Below, one piece after another: positions 49,566 to 60,072 of a DNA stretch of 64,000 nucleotides. Every line of letters begins with the position of its first letter. The first letter of the stretch is position 1. The stretch spans positions 588,481 through 652,480 of the forward strand of contig CAWFXA010000001.1 of NCBI GenBank assembly GCA_963819655.1, given 5' to 3'. The position numbers were made by a program, and so were the translations under genes. The stretch is from an uncultured Chloroflexia bacterium (GTDB taxonomy: Bacteria > Chloroflexota > Limnocylindria > Limnocylindrales > CSP1-4). The notes below the pieces were generated by a model, which was not told where the DNA came from, did no database searches, and saw nothing but the letters and a program-made list of their open reading frames with translations.

Positions 49566-49640
49566 TGGTTGCGGGGAAGGGATTCGAACCCTTGACCTTC
49601 GGGTTATGAGCCCGACGAGCTGCCGCTGCTCCACCCCGCG
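49566..49640 (-). tRNA. tRNA-fMet (CAT)
   Basis: Cloverleaf CGCGGGG..TCGGG-CTCATAA-CCCGA..TTCGAAT..CCCCGCAACCA; C1:A72 mismatch and three G-C anticodon-stem pairs mark an initiator. Confidence 0.95.
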
Positions 49641-49713
49641 ACGGCGAATGATAGAGGTGGGCCCGGAATCGGTCAAATGCGTCGGCCCGGGCGCGGCCGA
49701 GGGGCCATGACGG

Positions 49714-51039
49714 TCATCCGCTTGCGGGAGCCGGCGCCTGGGACGGCTGGGCGACCCGTCCGTGGAGCGCCGGCCCGCCCACGACGACGGCGATGAGCAG
49801 CGTCACCAACATCACAGCGCTGAACGCGTAGAACGGGAACAGGATGTTCTGCTCCGCCAGGAGACCCGCCGTCACCGATGCCACGATGAACCCGAGCGTC
49901 CCGGCCGCGCCGAACAGTCCCTGTGCCGTCGACGAGCGGCCTGGCGGCGAACCCGCCGCGACGACCGCGTACAGCGCCGGGTTCAGAAATGCGAACCCCG
50001 TCGCCTCGATCAGGATCAAGGGCACGGCGAAGGATGGGTCCCGCATGAACGTGTACAGGATGCCGGTCACGGCCGGTAGGACCATCCCGAGGACGATGAA
50101 CGCAAAAGAGCCGCGCCGGTCGACCAGCCGCCCCGCGAACGGCGAGAGGATCAGCACCGGCAGGCCGAACATCGCGAAGGTCAGGCCGATGAGCGCCAGA
50201 TCCGCGCCGAGTCCCTGGAGGAAGAGGCTCCAGATCACCTCGTACGTGCCGCCACCGTAATAGCCGCCGACATTCAGGATGATTGCGGCGATCAGGCCGC
50301 GGTTCAGGAGCCGCATCGCACGGCCATCGGAGGGGCCCCGGTCGGCGACAGAGGCACTGTCGGCAACCAGGGCGGCGGCCGCTCTGCCCTCGACGTAGGG
50401 TGAGTCGGGCGGCAGCGTGGTCCGATCGGACCAGGGCGATGCGCCGGCCTTGTGGGCTGGACCCTCCTCGCGGACACGGAGCGCGATCGCCACAGCGGCG
50501 ACGATCGCGGCGATGGCGCTGAACACGAATACGAAGCCGATGCCGCCGAACTGACCGGCCCCGAATGCACCGATAGACGGGCCGATCAGCAGCCCGCCCA
50601 TCTGGGCGGCTCCGTACAGGCCGAACGCCTCGCCACGACGCTCGGGCGGCGTGGCATCGGTCAGGAAACCACGCGCGGCGGGGTCGTAGATCGCGGACCC
50701 CAGACCCGCGCCGGCGCGGAGCAGGAGGAACGCGACCGGGCCGGTCCAGACCAACGGCAACGCGCCGAACACGCCCGTCGCGACCAACCCGATGACCATC
50801 AGCGGCACCCGGGCCGTGCGGTCGGCCAGCCAGCCGAAGATCGGCTCGCTGACCAGGCGGGCAGCCGGCCACGCCGCGATCACCAGCCCGAGCGTCGCCA
50901 GATCGACACCCTGCTCGTTGAAATAGATCGGCAACACGGGCAGCAGGCCACCGAAGCCGACCCAGACGGTGAACTCGGCCACGAGCAGCGGCAGGATCGG
51001 GCCCCAGCGGTCGAGCCAGGCCCGGAGTCGGGCATACAT
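49714..51039 (-). CDS. MFS transporter (DHA1-like, 12 TM)
   Basis: GWLADRTAR, PPERRGEAFG, GRLVDRRG motifs. Confidence 0.88.
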   Translation of the reverse strand: MYARLRAWLDRWGPILPLLVAEFTVWVGFGGLLPVLPIYFNEQGVDLATLGLVIAAWPAARLVSEPIFGWLADRTARVPLMVIGLVATGVFGALPLVWTGPVAFLLLRAGAGLGSAIYDPAARGFLTDATPPERRGEAFGLYGAAQMGGLLIGPSIGAFGAGQFGGIGFVFVFSAIAAIVAAVAIALRVREEGPAHKAGASPWSDRTTLPPDSPYVEGRAAAALVADSASVADRGPSDGRAMRLLNRGLIAAIILNVGGYYGGGTYEVIWSLFLQGLGADLALIGLTFAMFGLPVLILSPFAGRLVDRRGSFAFIVLGMVLPAVTGILYTFMRDPSFAVPLILIEATGFAFLNPALYAVVAAGSPPGRSSTAQGLFGAAGTLGFIVASVTAGLLAEQNILFPFYAFSAVMLVTLLIAVVVGGPALHGRVAQPSQAPAPASG

Positions 51040-51183
51040 CGGAGGCGAGCGTACCGGCCCGACAACCACCCGCGAGGGCGTGTTGCTGGGAGTGCATTGC
51101 CGGCCGCGACCGGTAACAGACCGCTAACGAAGCCCCACCTATACTTGCCGTTCTCCAACCCGATCCCACAGGTGCGCCGCCGC

Positions 51184-52158
51184 ATGGATGTCATCACCGC
51201 CGAAGGCCTGGTCAAGGTCTACAAGACAAGAAAGCACGAGGTCCGCGCGCTCGACGGCGTCGACCTGTCCGTCGCCGAGGGCACCGTCCTGGGTCTGCTC
51301 GGGCCCAATGGCGCGGGGAAGACGACGACCGTCAGGATCCTCGCGACGCTTCTGAAGCCCGACGCTGGGCATGCCACGGTCGCCGGCTACGACGTGGTCA
51401 GCGAAGCCCAGCACATCCGGACACTGATCGGCCTGTCCGGCCAGTACGCGGCGGTCGATGAGAACCTGACGGGCCGCGAGAACCTGTGGATGTTCGGGAC
51501 GCTCTATCAGCTCTCGAGCGAGGTCGCACGCGCCCGTGCGACCGAGCTGCTCGAGCAGTTCGAGCTCACTGACGCGGCCGATCGCGTCGTCAAGACCTAC
51601 TCGGGCGGGATGCGCCGCCGGCTCGATCTGGGGAGCGCGCTCATCGGGCGGCCGAAGCTGCTCTTCCTCGATGAGCCGACGACCGGGCTCGATCCACGCA
51701 GCCGGCTCGGCATGTGGGACGTCATCCGATCGCTGGTCCGGGAGGGCGTGACGCTGCTGTTGACGACTCAATACCTCGAGGAGGCCGATGAGCTGGCCGA
51801 CGCGATCGCCGTCGTCGACCACGGCAAGATCATCGCCCGTGGCACAGCCGACGAACTGAAGGCGCAGGTCGGCGGCGAGAGGATCGAGGTCATCGTCCAC
51901 GACCGGACGAGGATCGACGACGCTCGACGGATCCTCAGCGGGATCGGCGTCGGCGCGGCAGCGGTCGACGAGCACACCCGGCGCGTGACTGTTCCGTCAG
52001 ACGGTGGCGCGACGCGGCTGGCGACCGTCATCCGCGATTTCGACGAGGCCGCGATCGCGATCGATGACATCGGACTGCGGCGACCGACACTCGACGATGT
52101 CTTCCTCAGCCTGACCGGCCACGCGGCGATCGAGGAGTCCACGGAGGACGCCGCATGA
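51184..52158 (+). CDS. DrrA-family ABC exporter ATP-binding protein
   Basis: GPNGAGKTT, YSGGMRRRLD, DEPTTGLDP, PTLDDVFL. Confidence 0.92.
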   Translation: MDVITAEGLVKVYKTRKHEVRALDGVDLSVAEGTVLGLLGPNGAGKTTTVRILATLLKPDAGHATVAGYDVVSEAQHIRTLIGLSGQYAAVDENLTGRENLWMFGTLYQLSSEVARARATELLEQFELTDAADRVVKTYSGGMRRRLDLGSALIGRPKLLFLDEPTTGLDPRSRLGMWDVIRSLVREGVTLLLTTQYLEEADELADAIAVVDHGKIIARGTADELKAQVGGERIEVIVHDRTRIDDARRILSGIGVGAAAVDEHTRRVTVPSDGGATRLATVIRDFDEAAIAIDDIGLRRPTLDDVFLSLTGHAAIEESTEDAA

Positions 52159-52988
52159 CGGCAACCACGACGTCGCGACCGGCGGCGGCCAGCGGCACCC
52201 TCGCCTCCGCCGCCCGCGACGGGCTCATCATCATGTGGCGCAACCTCAAGCGGATCCCGCGGATCCCGGAGCTTGCGATCTTCGCTGTCCTCCAGTCGAT
52301 CATGTTCGTCGTGCTGTTCGCCTTCGTCTTCGGCGGCGCGATCCTGTTGCCGGGAGGCGGCTCGTACACCGAATTCCTGATGCCAGGGATCTTCGCCCAG
52401 ACGATCGTGTTCGCCAGTGCGACCACTGCCATCGGCATGACCGACGACGTGAGCAAGGGCATCATCGACCGCTTCCGATCGCTGCCGATGGCGCGCTCTG
52501 CCGTCCTGTCGGGCCGATCGCTCTCGGACGTGGTCTACAACCTGGGCATCCTGATCGTGCTGATGGCGACCGGGTTCGCCATCGGCTGGACGACCCACAC
52601 AGGGTTCGGGCCCTTCCTGGGCGGTGTCGGGCTGCTGCTGCTGTTCGCCTTCGCGATGTCCTGGCTCGGGATCTGGATGGGGCTCAATGTTCCGTCCGTC
52701 GAGGTCGCCCAGCAAGTCATCTTCACAGTGCTGTTCCCGCTCACGTTCGTGTCGAACGTGTTCGTGCCGCCTCAGTCGCTTCCCGACTGGCTCCAGCCGA
52801 TCGCCGAGTGGAACCCGACGAGCACCCTCACCGGCGCCCTGCGCGAACTGTGGGGCAACCCGAATCCGTACGCCACCGGCAGCTTCCCATCGGAGAACCC
52901 GATCCTCGTGACGTTGGTATGGGTGGTCGTCTTCGTCGGTGTGTTCGCGCCGCTCGGCGTCCGCCGCTACCGGAATCTGAGCCGCTGA
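52155..52988 (+). CDS. DrrB-family ABC exporter permease
   Basis: GIIDRFRSLPMARSAVL, WNP motif; ATGA overlap. Confidence 0.9.
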   Translation: MTATTTSRPAAASGTLASAARDGLIIMWRNLKRIPRIPELAIFAVLQSIMFVVLFAFVFGGAILLPGGGSYTEFLMPGIFAQTIVFASATTAIGMTDDVSKGIIDRFRSLPMARSAVLSGRSLSDVVYNLGILIVLMATGFAIGWTTHTGFGPFLGGVGLLLLFAFAMSWLGIWMGLNVPSVEVAQQVIFTVLFPLTFVSNVFVPPQSLPDWLQPIAEWNPTSTLTGALRELWGNPNPYATGSFPSENPILVTLVWVVVFVGVFAPLGVRRYRNLSR

Positions 52989-52991
52989 CCG

Positions 52992-53315
52992 ATGATCGCG
53001 CCGCCCTGGCTCCTCGCGTTGGCGCTGGGGCTCGGACTGCTCGTGCTCATCCCCGCTCGCCGGCTGCGCGCAGCCGGCTTGTCTCGCAACGCGGTCGGGC
53101 TGTACGTCCTCGTGATCTGGGGCCTGGCGATGTTCGTGGCCATCCGCCCAGGCGCGACCCGGATCGTGATCCCGTTGCTGCTGCTGGCGTACCTGGCGCC
53201 GTTCATCGCCGGGCCGGATGTGCTGGGTCGCGTCCTGCGGCGCCGGCCGCCTTCGCCGCCGATCAAGAACGTCACGCCACCCGATCCACCCTCGCTGCCG
53301 CCCGAGCGCGGCTGA
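52992..53315 (+). CDS. Small hypothetical membrane protein
   Basis: Three hydrophobic segments, tight operonic spacing. Confidence 0.6.
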   Translation: MIAPPWLLALALGLGLLVLIPARRLRAAGLSRNAVGLYVLVIWGLAMFVAIRPGATRIVIPLLLLAYLAPFIAGPDVLGRVLRRRPPSPPIKNVTPPDPPSLPPERG

Positions 53316-53316
53316 G

Positions 53317-54522
53317 GTGCGAGCCGACCTCGGCTGGCGACTCGATCCCTCGGTCGCTTTCCTGAACCACGGCTCGTTCGGCGCGTGCCCGGAGCCAGTG
53401 CTGGCGGCCCAGCGGGACTGGCGTGACCGATTGGAACGCGAGCCCGTGACCTTCCTCGAGCGCGAGCTCGAGGGCCATCTGGCGGACGCGCGGGCAGCCG
53501 TCGGCCGGTTCCTGGGCGCGGATCCGGATGGGCTCGCCTTCGTCGCGAACGCGACGGCCGGGCTGAACGCGGTGCTCGGCTCGCTCCCATTCGAGCCGGG
53601 CGACGAGGTGTTGACCACCGATCACGAGTACAACGCGGCGCTGACGACCATGGAAGCGGCGGCGCGGCGGACGGGTGCCCGCGTCGTTATCGCGCCGATC
53701 CCGTTCCCGATCGGCGACGCGGATGATGCTCTCGTGTCCGTCCTCGACGCTGTCACCTCGCGGACACGCCTGGTCGTCATCAGCCATGTCACGAGCTCGA
53801 CCGGGCTCGTGCTGCCGGTCGATCGGATCGTCCGCGCCCTTGCCGATCGGAGCGTCGATACGCTCGTGGATGGCGCGCATGCCCCCGGCGTCGTTCCCCT
53901 CGAGCTGGATGCGCTGGGCGCCGCCTACTACACGGGCAACGGCCACAAGTGGCTGTGCGGCCCGAAGGGCTCAGCGTTCCTGTGGGTCCGCGCGGATCGG
54001 CGTGAGGGCATCCATCCCGCGATCGTGTCGCACGGCGCCAACGATCCGCGCACCGACCTGCCGCGGTACCGCCTGGAGTTCGACTGGACGGGGACGCCGG
54101 ATCCGACGGCCGCCCTGGCGCTTCCCACAGCCATCGACTGGATGGCGCGGCAAGTGCCGGGAGGGTGGCCGGAGATCATGCGCGCGAATCGACACCTGGC
54201 GATCACGGCGCGCGATCGGGTGGCGGAGGCGCTCGGGGTCGACGCACCGGCACCCGACACGATGCTCGGCTCGATGGCCGCCGTGCCGGTCCCGGGACTC
54301 ACGACGGACACAGGAGCGGCCGCGCTCCACGAGGCACTGTTCCGCCGCTACCGGGTCGAGGTGCCCGTCGGTGGCTGGCCGGCGCGCGGCGCACGACCGC
54401 GAACCGACGACCCGCCGCGACTCGTGCTGCTGCGGGTCTCCGCGCAGCGCTACAACGACGAGGGAGACATCGACCGTTTGGTCACGGCGCTCGGCGCCCG
54501 GCGCGCCATACCGCCTGACTAA
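53317..54522 (+). CDS. Aminotransferase class V PLP enzyme (isopenicillin-N epimerase / C-S lyase-like)
   Basis: FLNHGSFGACP, SHVTSSTG, VDGAHAPG, GNGHKWLCGPKGS. Confidence 0.88.
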   Translation: MRADLGWRLDPSVAFLNHGSFGACPEPVLAAQRDWRDRLEREPVTFLERELEGHLADARAAVGRFLGADPDGLAFVANATAGLNAVLGSLPFEPGDEVLTTDHEYNAALTTMEAAARRTGARVVIAPIPFPIGDADDALVSVLDAVTSRTRLVVISHVTSSTGLVLPVDRIVRALADRSVDTLVDGAHAPGVVPLELDALGAAYYTGNGHKWLCGPKGSAFLWVRADRREGIHPAIVSHGANDPRTDLPRYRLEFDWTGTPDPTAALALPTAIDWMARQVPGGWPEIMRANRHLAITARDRVAEALGVDAPAPDTMLGSMAAVPVPGLTTDTGAAALHEALFRRYRVEVPVGGWPARGARPRTDDPPRLVLLRVSAQRYNDEGDIDRLVTALGARRAIPPD

Positions 54523-54590
54523 CCGCCCACCCGGACACGCCGCGTTCGAGCCGGCTGCCACCCGAGCGCGGCTGAGGTGCGATCGGGTCG

Positions 54591-55127
54591 TCAGCGCCGC
54601 CGGCTGACCGCGGCGTAGATCGATCCGAGGAACCGGCTCCGGACGCGGCCGATCTCGACGGTATCGACGAGGCCAGCCTCCGCGGCGAGCTCGCGCCATC
54701 GTCCGACCGAGAACGGGTGCGGCACCCATGGGTTGCCGCGGTCGGCGTCGTACTCCACGACGATGAGCGGAGCACCCGGGCGGAGGTGACTCGCAAGAGT
54801 CGCGATCACGCTGGCCTGCCGCTCCCGGGCCACGAAATGAAGGCTGTTCGCGGCGAGCAGGCCGTCGAGCGGTGGCAGGTCGAGAGGCCCCTCGAGGTCC
54901 CCGACGAGCGTCGTCAGGGAGGCCTCCGGAAAGCGCTCCGCGACCGCGCGGGCGTTCTCGGCCAACGCCGCTCCGTCCCGGTCGACCGCTGTGATCCGCG
55001 CGTCGTCGCCCAGCAGGTCCGCGAGGGCGAGCGTGAAGGCGCCCGTGCCGGCGCCGATGTCTGCCCAGGCCGGCCCGGAACCGGTGACACCATTCCGGAT
55101 CAGGGCGACGTGGTCCCCGTGGTCCAT
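54591..55127 (-). CDS. Class I SAM-dependent methyltransferase
   Basis: ADIGAGTGAFT, ANSLHFV, LRPGA. Confidence 0.85.
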   Translation of the reverse strand: MDHGDHVALIRNGVTGSGPAWADIGAGTGAFTLALADLLGDDARITAVDRDGAALAENARAVAERFPEASLTTLVGDLEGPLDLPPLDGLLAANSLHFVARERQASVIATLASHLRPGAPLIVVEYDADRGNPWVPHPFSVGRWRELAAEAGLVDTVEIGRVRSRFLGSIYAAVSRRR

Positions 55128-55134
55128 TCGTCAG

Positions 55135-57894
55135 CTAGCCGGTGTTCTGGAGCCCGGCCGCGACGCCATTGACGGAAAGCTGCACGAGCCGCAGGTGCAT
55201 CGCGCGGGCGGGGTCGTCCGGCGGCAGGGCTCGCAGGCGTCGGAGCAGGCGCACCTGGACCTCCGAGAGGGCGTCGACATAGGGGTTCCGCAGACCGATC
55301 GATCGCTGCAGGACCGGCGCGCCGTCGAGCAGCCGGTCACGGCCTGTGACGCGCAGCAGCCAGGTCACGGTCCGATGGTATTCGGCCTCGATCGCCGTCC
55401 AGCGCCGTTCAGCGGCGTCACCATGGGCGAGCGACGCATACCGGCGGCCGATACCCATGTCCGCCTTGGCGAGGATCATCTCGGCGTTGTCGATGACCGA
55501 CGCGAGGAACGGCCACGAGCGGTACAGCCTCGCGATCTCACGGATCCCCGCCTCACCGTGCACTGCGCCGTACGCGTCGAGCGCCGACCCGAGGCCGTAC
55601 CAGCCGGGCAGGTTGATCCGCGATTGCGACCAGGCGAAGGTCCACGGGATGGCACGCAGCGCATCGATCGGCGGCGCCTCGTCGGGCGCTGCGCCGGCCC
55701 GACGGCGCGCGGCCGGACGGGATCCCAAGCGAAGGTCGGACAGCTCGGCGATCGGGGTGATCGATCGGAAGAACGCGGCAAACCCGGGGTCGTCGTGGAC
55801 CAGGGCGCGGTACGCGGCGCGGGCGGTCTCGGACAGCTCGTTCAGCAACGGGCCGCCGGTCTGCGCCGCAGCCGCGGCGGCGGAGTCGTGCTCGGGCGTG
55901 GAGGAGATCAGCACCGCGCCGGTCAGCTGCTCGAGGTGGCGGCGGGCGATCGCCGGATCGCCGTAGTTGGCGGCGATCACCTCCCCTTGCTCGGTCAGCT
56001 TCAGCCTCCCATCGACCGACCCCGGCGCGCCCCCGACGATGGCGCGGTTCGCCGGCCCGCCGCCGCGGCCGATCGCGCCGCCTCGACCGTGGAACAGCGT
56101 CAGCTCGATGCCGTGGCCAGCGGCCGCCCCCACCAGCGCGGCCTGCGCCTGGTGGAGCATCCAGGCCGCCGCGAGGAACCCCGACTCCTTGTTCGAGTCG
56201 GAGTAGCCGAGCATCACCTCCTGTCGGTCACCGCGGGATACGACGTGGCGGCGGTAGGCCGCGTCGCGGAGCAACGCATCGAGGATCTCGCCGGCCGCGG
56301 TCAGGGCTTCCGACGACTCGAACAGGGGGACGATGTCGATCGCGGGCTCGCCGCCCGCCCGGGCCGCCAGATCGAGCACGTTGATCACGTCCCGTGGCGT
56401 GGCCGTGAAGGACACCACGACCCGCCGGCAGGCCTCCCCACCGAAGCGGGCCTGCACCTCGGGGATGGATCGGAACGTCGCCAGCACCTCCCCGACCGTC
56501 ACGCCGGGCGCGGCCTCGGTGGCCTCCTCGGCCGAGCGCGCCAGCGCGTCGAGCGCTGCCTGATGGACCGCGCTGTGCTGACGGATCTCGAGCGAGGCCA
56601 GGTGGAACCCGAACGTCGCCACCTGCCAGCGCAGCTCGGCGACCTCGCCCCAGGCGATCCGCTCGAGGCCGTCCTCGACGAGCGACTCCTGGATCTCGGA
56701 CAGCTCGGCGTCGAAACCCTCGGCATCCTCGTAGTGCCCGGAGCGGGCGCCCGCCTCCCCCGTCAGCACCGCCCGCGTGCGTCGCAGTCGCTCGGCGATG
56801 AACCCGAACCGCTGCCGGTACGGCTCGTCCGGGAAACGTCGACGGAGCTGGCGGTCCGTCTCGGGGAGGTCCTCGGCATCGCGAGCGAGGCGTGTGGCGA
56901 GCGCCCGCGAGACCCGCTCGTGCGGGGTCGTCGCGGACACGGTCTGCATCAGCCGCATCGCCACCGCCTCGTACCCGTGCAGCACGTGGTCGGCCTGGAT
57001 TCGGAGCGTCCGCAGCGTCATGTCGGAGGTGACGGCTGGGTTGCCGTCACGATCGCCACCGATCCACGAACCGAACCGCAGGAACGCCGGCGCGCGCGGC
57101 GGACGCGTCCCGGTCTCCGCGTCGAGGACCGCGTCGACCGTCCGGTACAGCCGCGGTGCGAGCGTGAACAGCGTCGCATCGAACATCGCCATCGCCGTTC
57201 GGACCTCGTCGAGCGGCTCGGGCGTCACGGCGCGGAGGTCCGACGTGCGCCACAGCAGCGTGATCTCCTCGCGCAGTCGACGGCGGATCTCGCGATCGTC
57301 TGAGGGGGTCAGTCTGGTGTCGTCGAGCCGCTCGAGCAGCACGGCACAGCGCCGAAGGGCGATGAGAGTCGTGCGTCGGCGGGCCTCGGTCGGGTGCGCG
57401 GTGAGGACCGGCGTGATCCGCAATCGGGCGAGGATGGCGTCGAGGTCCGCATCGCTCCGACCGGCCCGTCGCAGCCGCGCGACGGCTTCTGCGACGGAGT
57501 CATCCAATAGCCCGTCGCGCGCCGCGCGCTCCCGCCTTCGCAGCGTCCGGACGCGTGCGCGCGCCTCAGCGAGATTGACGAGCTGGAAGTACAGGGAGAA
57601 CGCCGTGATGACGGCCTCGGCATCCTCCAGCTCGAGCGCGTCGAGCTCGGCCTCGAGCCGCTCGCGGACTGCCGGCTGCTCGTCCTGCCGGAAGGCGATG
57701 GCCGCCCGCCGCAGCCTCTCGACGAGGTCGTAGATCCCCTCGCCCGCCTGCTCGGTGATCACCTGCCCAAGCAGGGCACCCAGCAGCCGGACCTCGAGGG
57801 CGAGGGGATCGCGGGCACGGGCCGACCCGATCCCGGCCGGCTCGGCGGCGCGGGCGGATCGCGGCGCTCGCGAAGCTCGCGACACCGAGGTCAT
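55135..57894 (-). CDS. ppc: Phosphoenolpyruvate carboxylase
   Basis: VLTAHPTE, GGDRDGNP, VMLGYSDSNK, FHGRGG..GRGGGP, LRAIPW, LQNTG C-terminus. Confidence 0.97.
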   Translation of the reverse strand: MTSVSRASRAPRSARAAEPAGIGSARARDPLALEVRLLGALLGQVITEQAGEGIYDLVERLRRAAIAFRQDEQPAVRERLEAELDALELEDAEAVITAFSLYFQLVNLAEARARVRTLRRRERAARDGLLDDSVAEAVARLRRAGRSDADLDAILARLRITPVLTAHPTEARRRTTLIALRRCAVLLERLDDTRLTPSDDREIRRRLREEITLLWRTSDLRAVTPEPLDEVRTAMAMFDATLFTLAPRLYRTVDAVLDAETGTRPPRAPAFLRFGSWIGGDRDGNPAVTSDMTLRTLRIQADHVLHGYEAVAMRLMQTVSATTPHERVSRALATRLARDAEDLPETDRQLRRRFPDEPYRQRFGFIAERLRRTRAVLTGEAGARSGHYEDAEGFDAELSEIQESLVEDGLERIAWGEVAELRWQVATFGFHLASLEIRQHSAVHQAALDALARSAEEATEAAPGVTVGEVLATFRSIPEVQARFGGEACRRVVVSFTATPRDVINVLDLAARAGGEPAIDIVPLFESSEALTAAGEILDALLRDAAYRRHVVSRGDRQEVMLGYSDSNKESGFLAAAWMLHQAQAALVGAAAGHGIELTLFHGRGGAIGRGGGPANRAIVGGAPGSVDGRLKLTEQGEVIAANYGDPAIARRHLEQLTGAVLISSTPEHDSAAAAAAQTGGPLLNELSETARAAYRALVHDDPGFAAFFRSITPIAELSDLRLGSRPAARRRAGAAPDEAPPIDALRAIPWTFAWSQSRINLPGWYGLGSALDAYGAVHGEAGIREIARLYRSWPFLASVIDNAEMILAKADMGIGRRYASLAHGDAAERRWTAIEAEYHRTVTWLLRVTGRDRLLDGAPVLQRSIGLRNPYVDALSEVQVRLLRRLRALPPDDPARAMHLRLVQLSVNGVAAGLQNTG

Positions 57895-57977
57895 ACCGCC
57901 CTGACCGCCTGCCGGTACCGCAACCCAGCCACGACCGGACCGCAACCATCCTGCGCTGCGACCGTTCCTACCCTTGT

Positions 57978-59324
57978 ATGGTGATGAGCGTGGCCCAGCG
58001 ACGAACGACCGTGCAGGACGTGCCGGGACGGGGACGAACCCCGTCCCCGGCGGTGGTCGGCGCTGACGTCGACGCAGACGTCGCCGCTGGCGCCCAGCTC
58101 GACCAGCTGCGCTTCATCCACGACGTCGCTCGCCTCGCGACGACCGCGCGCACGTGGGACGAGCTGCTGGAGACCGTCGTCGACGGGACACGGGACGCCC
58201 TCCATGCGGATGTCTCCTCGCTCTATCTCCTCGACCGCGATGGAGCGTACCTGACCCTCGCCGCGACCAACGGCCTCGACCGGTTTCAGATCGGCCGCGC
58301 CCGGGTCCCGTTCGGCGAAGGCGTGACGGGATCGGTGGCTGCCAGCCAGCAACCGCTCGTGATCCCCGACGTCAAGGCCGACACGCGGTTCCTGTGGGTC
58401 CGTGGCATCGACCAGCGCCGTTTCGTGAGCTCGATGCTGAGCGTGCCGCTGACGTGGCACGACCAGACGATCGGCGTGCTCAACGTCCAGACCGAGCACC
58501 CGCGGGTCTTCAGCCCCCCGGACGTGGCCCAGCTCAGCGCCGTGGCCGACCTGCTTGCGGGGATCGTCGAGAAGGGCCGCCAGCAGTCGGAGGCCGAGGC
58601 TCGCGTCGAGTCGCTCAAGGCGATCGATGAGGCGCGCAGCGAGCTGATCGCGCTCGTGACCCATGAACTGCGCACGCCGCTGGCCGTCGTGCGCGCCTAC
58701 ACCGACCTGCTGGCGGACGAACCCAAGCTGGATGGGCGGGAGTCGCGCGACGTGGAGCGCCGGGAGACGCGCGCCGCCTGGCACGACGCGACGCTCGAAC
58801 AGATCGAGCGCCTGGACCGACTGGTCGACTCGATCCTCGCCTCGGTCCGGGTCGTGCCCGAGGATGCGGCCGCCGTCGAGCCTGTCGATGTCGAGGCGCT
58901 CGTCGGCGAGGTGCTCCAGTCGCTGAAACCGTTGCTCGACCGACATCATGTCGTCGCCGCCGGGACGCCGCGGCTCAACGGCCTGGCCGATCCGTCCCGC
59001 CTCCGTCAGATCGTCGAGCACCTCGTCGAGAACGCGGTCAAATACGCCCCCTCCGACACGACCATCCGCATCGACTGGGACCTCGTCGAGGGGATCGTCC
59101 ACCTGGGCGTCACTGACGAGGGGCCGGGCATCCCGGATGAGTGGAGGGAACGGATCTTCGAGCCGTACGCCCGGCGCGACACCCATACGGCCCGCGGCTC
59201 GGGCATCGGCCTGTATGCCGCCAAGCGTCTCGGCGAATCGATGGGCGCGCACCTGTGGTGCGAGCCGGCCCGACCGCACGGCGCGCGGTTCGTCGTGGCC
59301 GTCCCGGCAGCGGTCGCGATCTGA
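57978..59324 (+). CDS. Cytoplasmic GAF-domain sensor histidine kinase
   Basis: GAF (LAATNGL..GEGVTG..SMLSVPL), THELRTPL, ENAVKY, DEGPGI, GSGIGL. Confidence 0.9.
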   Translation: MVMSVAQRRTTVQDVPGRGRTPSPAVVGADVDADVAAGAQLDQLRFIHDVARLATTARTWDELLETVVDGTRDALHADVSSLYLLDRDGAYLTLAATNGLDRFQIGRARVPFGEGVTGSVAASQQPLVIPDVKADTRFLWVRGIDQRRFVSSMLSVPLTWHDQTIGVLNVQTEHPRVFSPPDVAQLSAVADLLAGIVEKGRQQSEAEARVESLKAIDEARSELIALVTHELRTPLAVVRAYTDLLADEPKLDGRESRDVERRETRAAWHDATLEQIERLDRLVDSILASVRVVPEDAAAVEPVDVEALVGEVLQSLKPLLDRHHVVAAGTPRLNGLADPSRLRQIVEHLVENAVKYAPSDTTIRIDWDLVEGIVHLGVTDEGPGIPDEWRERIFEPYARRDTHTARGSGIGLYAAKRLGESMGAHLWCEPARPHGARFVVAVPAAVAI

Positions 59325-59327
59325 GCG

Positions 59328-60053
59328 ATGCCGACCATCAGCAGCCGCCCGCTTCGCATCCTCGTCGTGGACGACGATCCTGCCATGGTCGGGGCGATCA
59401 CCGCACTCGTGGGCACCGAGGGCCACCAGGTCATCACCGCGTACGACGGTCTGACTGCGGTGAAACGATTCCGCGAGGAGCACCCGGATCTCGTCCTGCT
59501 CGATCTCGCGATGCCCGGTCCGGACGGGTTCTCCGTTGCGGGGCAGATGCGCGCGGTCGGCCAGGCCCCGATCCTGGTCGTCTCCGGTGAGAGCGGCGAG
59601 GCGGCCAAGGTCCGCGCGCTGGGGATCGGCGCGGACGACTACCTGACGAAACCGTTCGGCAAGGCCGAGCTGCTGGCACGGATCGCGGCGATCATGCGCC
59701 GGGTCGATCGGTCGACCGCCGGAACCGGTGGGCCGGCGGGACCGCTCGAGGCGGGCGACCTGCTGCTCGAGCCGGGGCGGCACGAGGCGCGGGTCGGCGA
59801 CGTGGCGCTGTCGCTGACGCCGACCGAGTTCCGCCTGCTCGAGGCGCTTGTCCGAGCGCGGGGCGACATCGTCCCGCACCTGCAGCTGGCCCGTGCCGGC
59901 TGGCCGGCCGAGACCGACCCCGACCTCCTGTGGCTCAAGCCACATCTCGCACGATTGCGGGCGAAGGTGGACGCCGCGCACGGCCCGCACGTCGTGGCCG
60001 TCCGAGGCGTCGGCTATCGGATCGTGATCGACGAGGCGCCCGGCGCCGAGTAG
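59328..60053 (+). CDS. OmpR/KdpE family response regulator
   Basis: ILVVDDD, LLDLAMPGPDG, GADDYLTKPF, LTPTEFRLL, RGVGYR. Confidence 0.93.
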   Translation: MPTISSRPLRILVVDDDPAMVGAITALVGTEGHQVITAYDGLTAVKRFREEHPDLVLLDLAMPGPDGFSVAGQMRAVGQAPILVVSGESGEAAKVRALGIGADDYLTKPFGKAELLARIAAIMRRVDRSTAGTGGPAGPLEAGDLLLEPGRHEARVGDVALSLTPTEFRLLEALVRARGDIVPHLQLARAGWPAETDPDLLWLKPHLARLRAKVDAAHGPHVVAVRGVGYRIVIDEAPGAE

Positions 60054-60072
60054 ACCCCGGGCGCGGGTCGCC

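Noticed and set aside
45566-49640. Integrative element at the tRNA-fMet 3' end
   Set aside because: No integrase and no duplicated tRNA 3' end (att) noticed in the window
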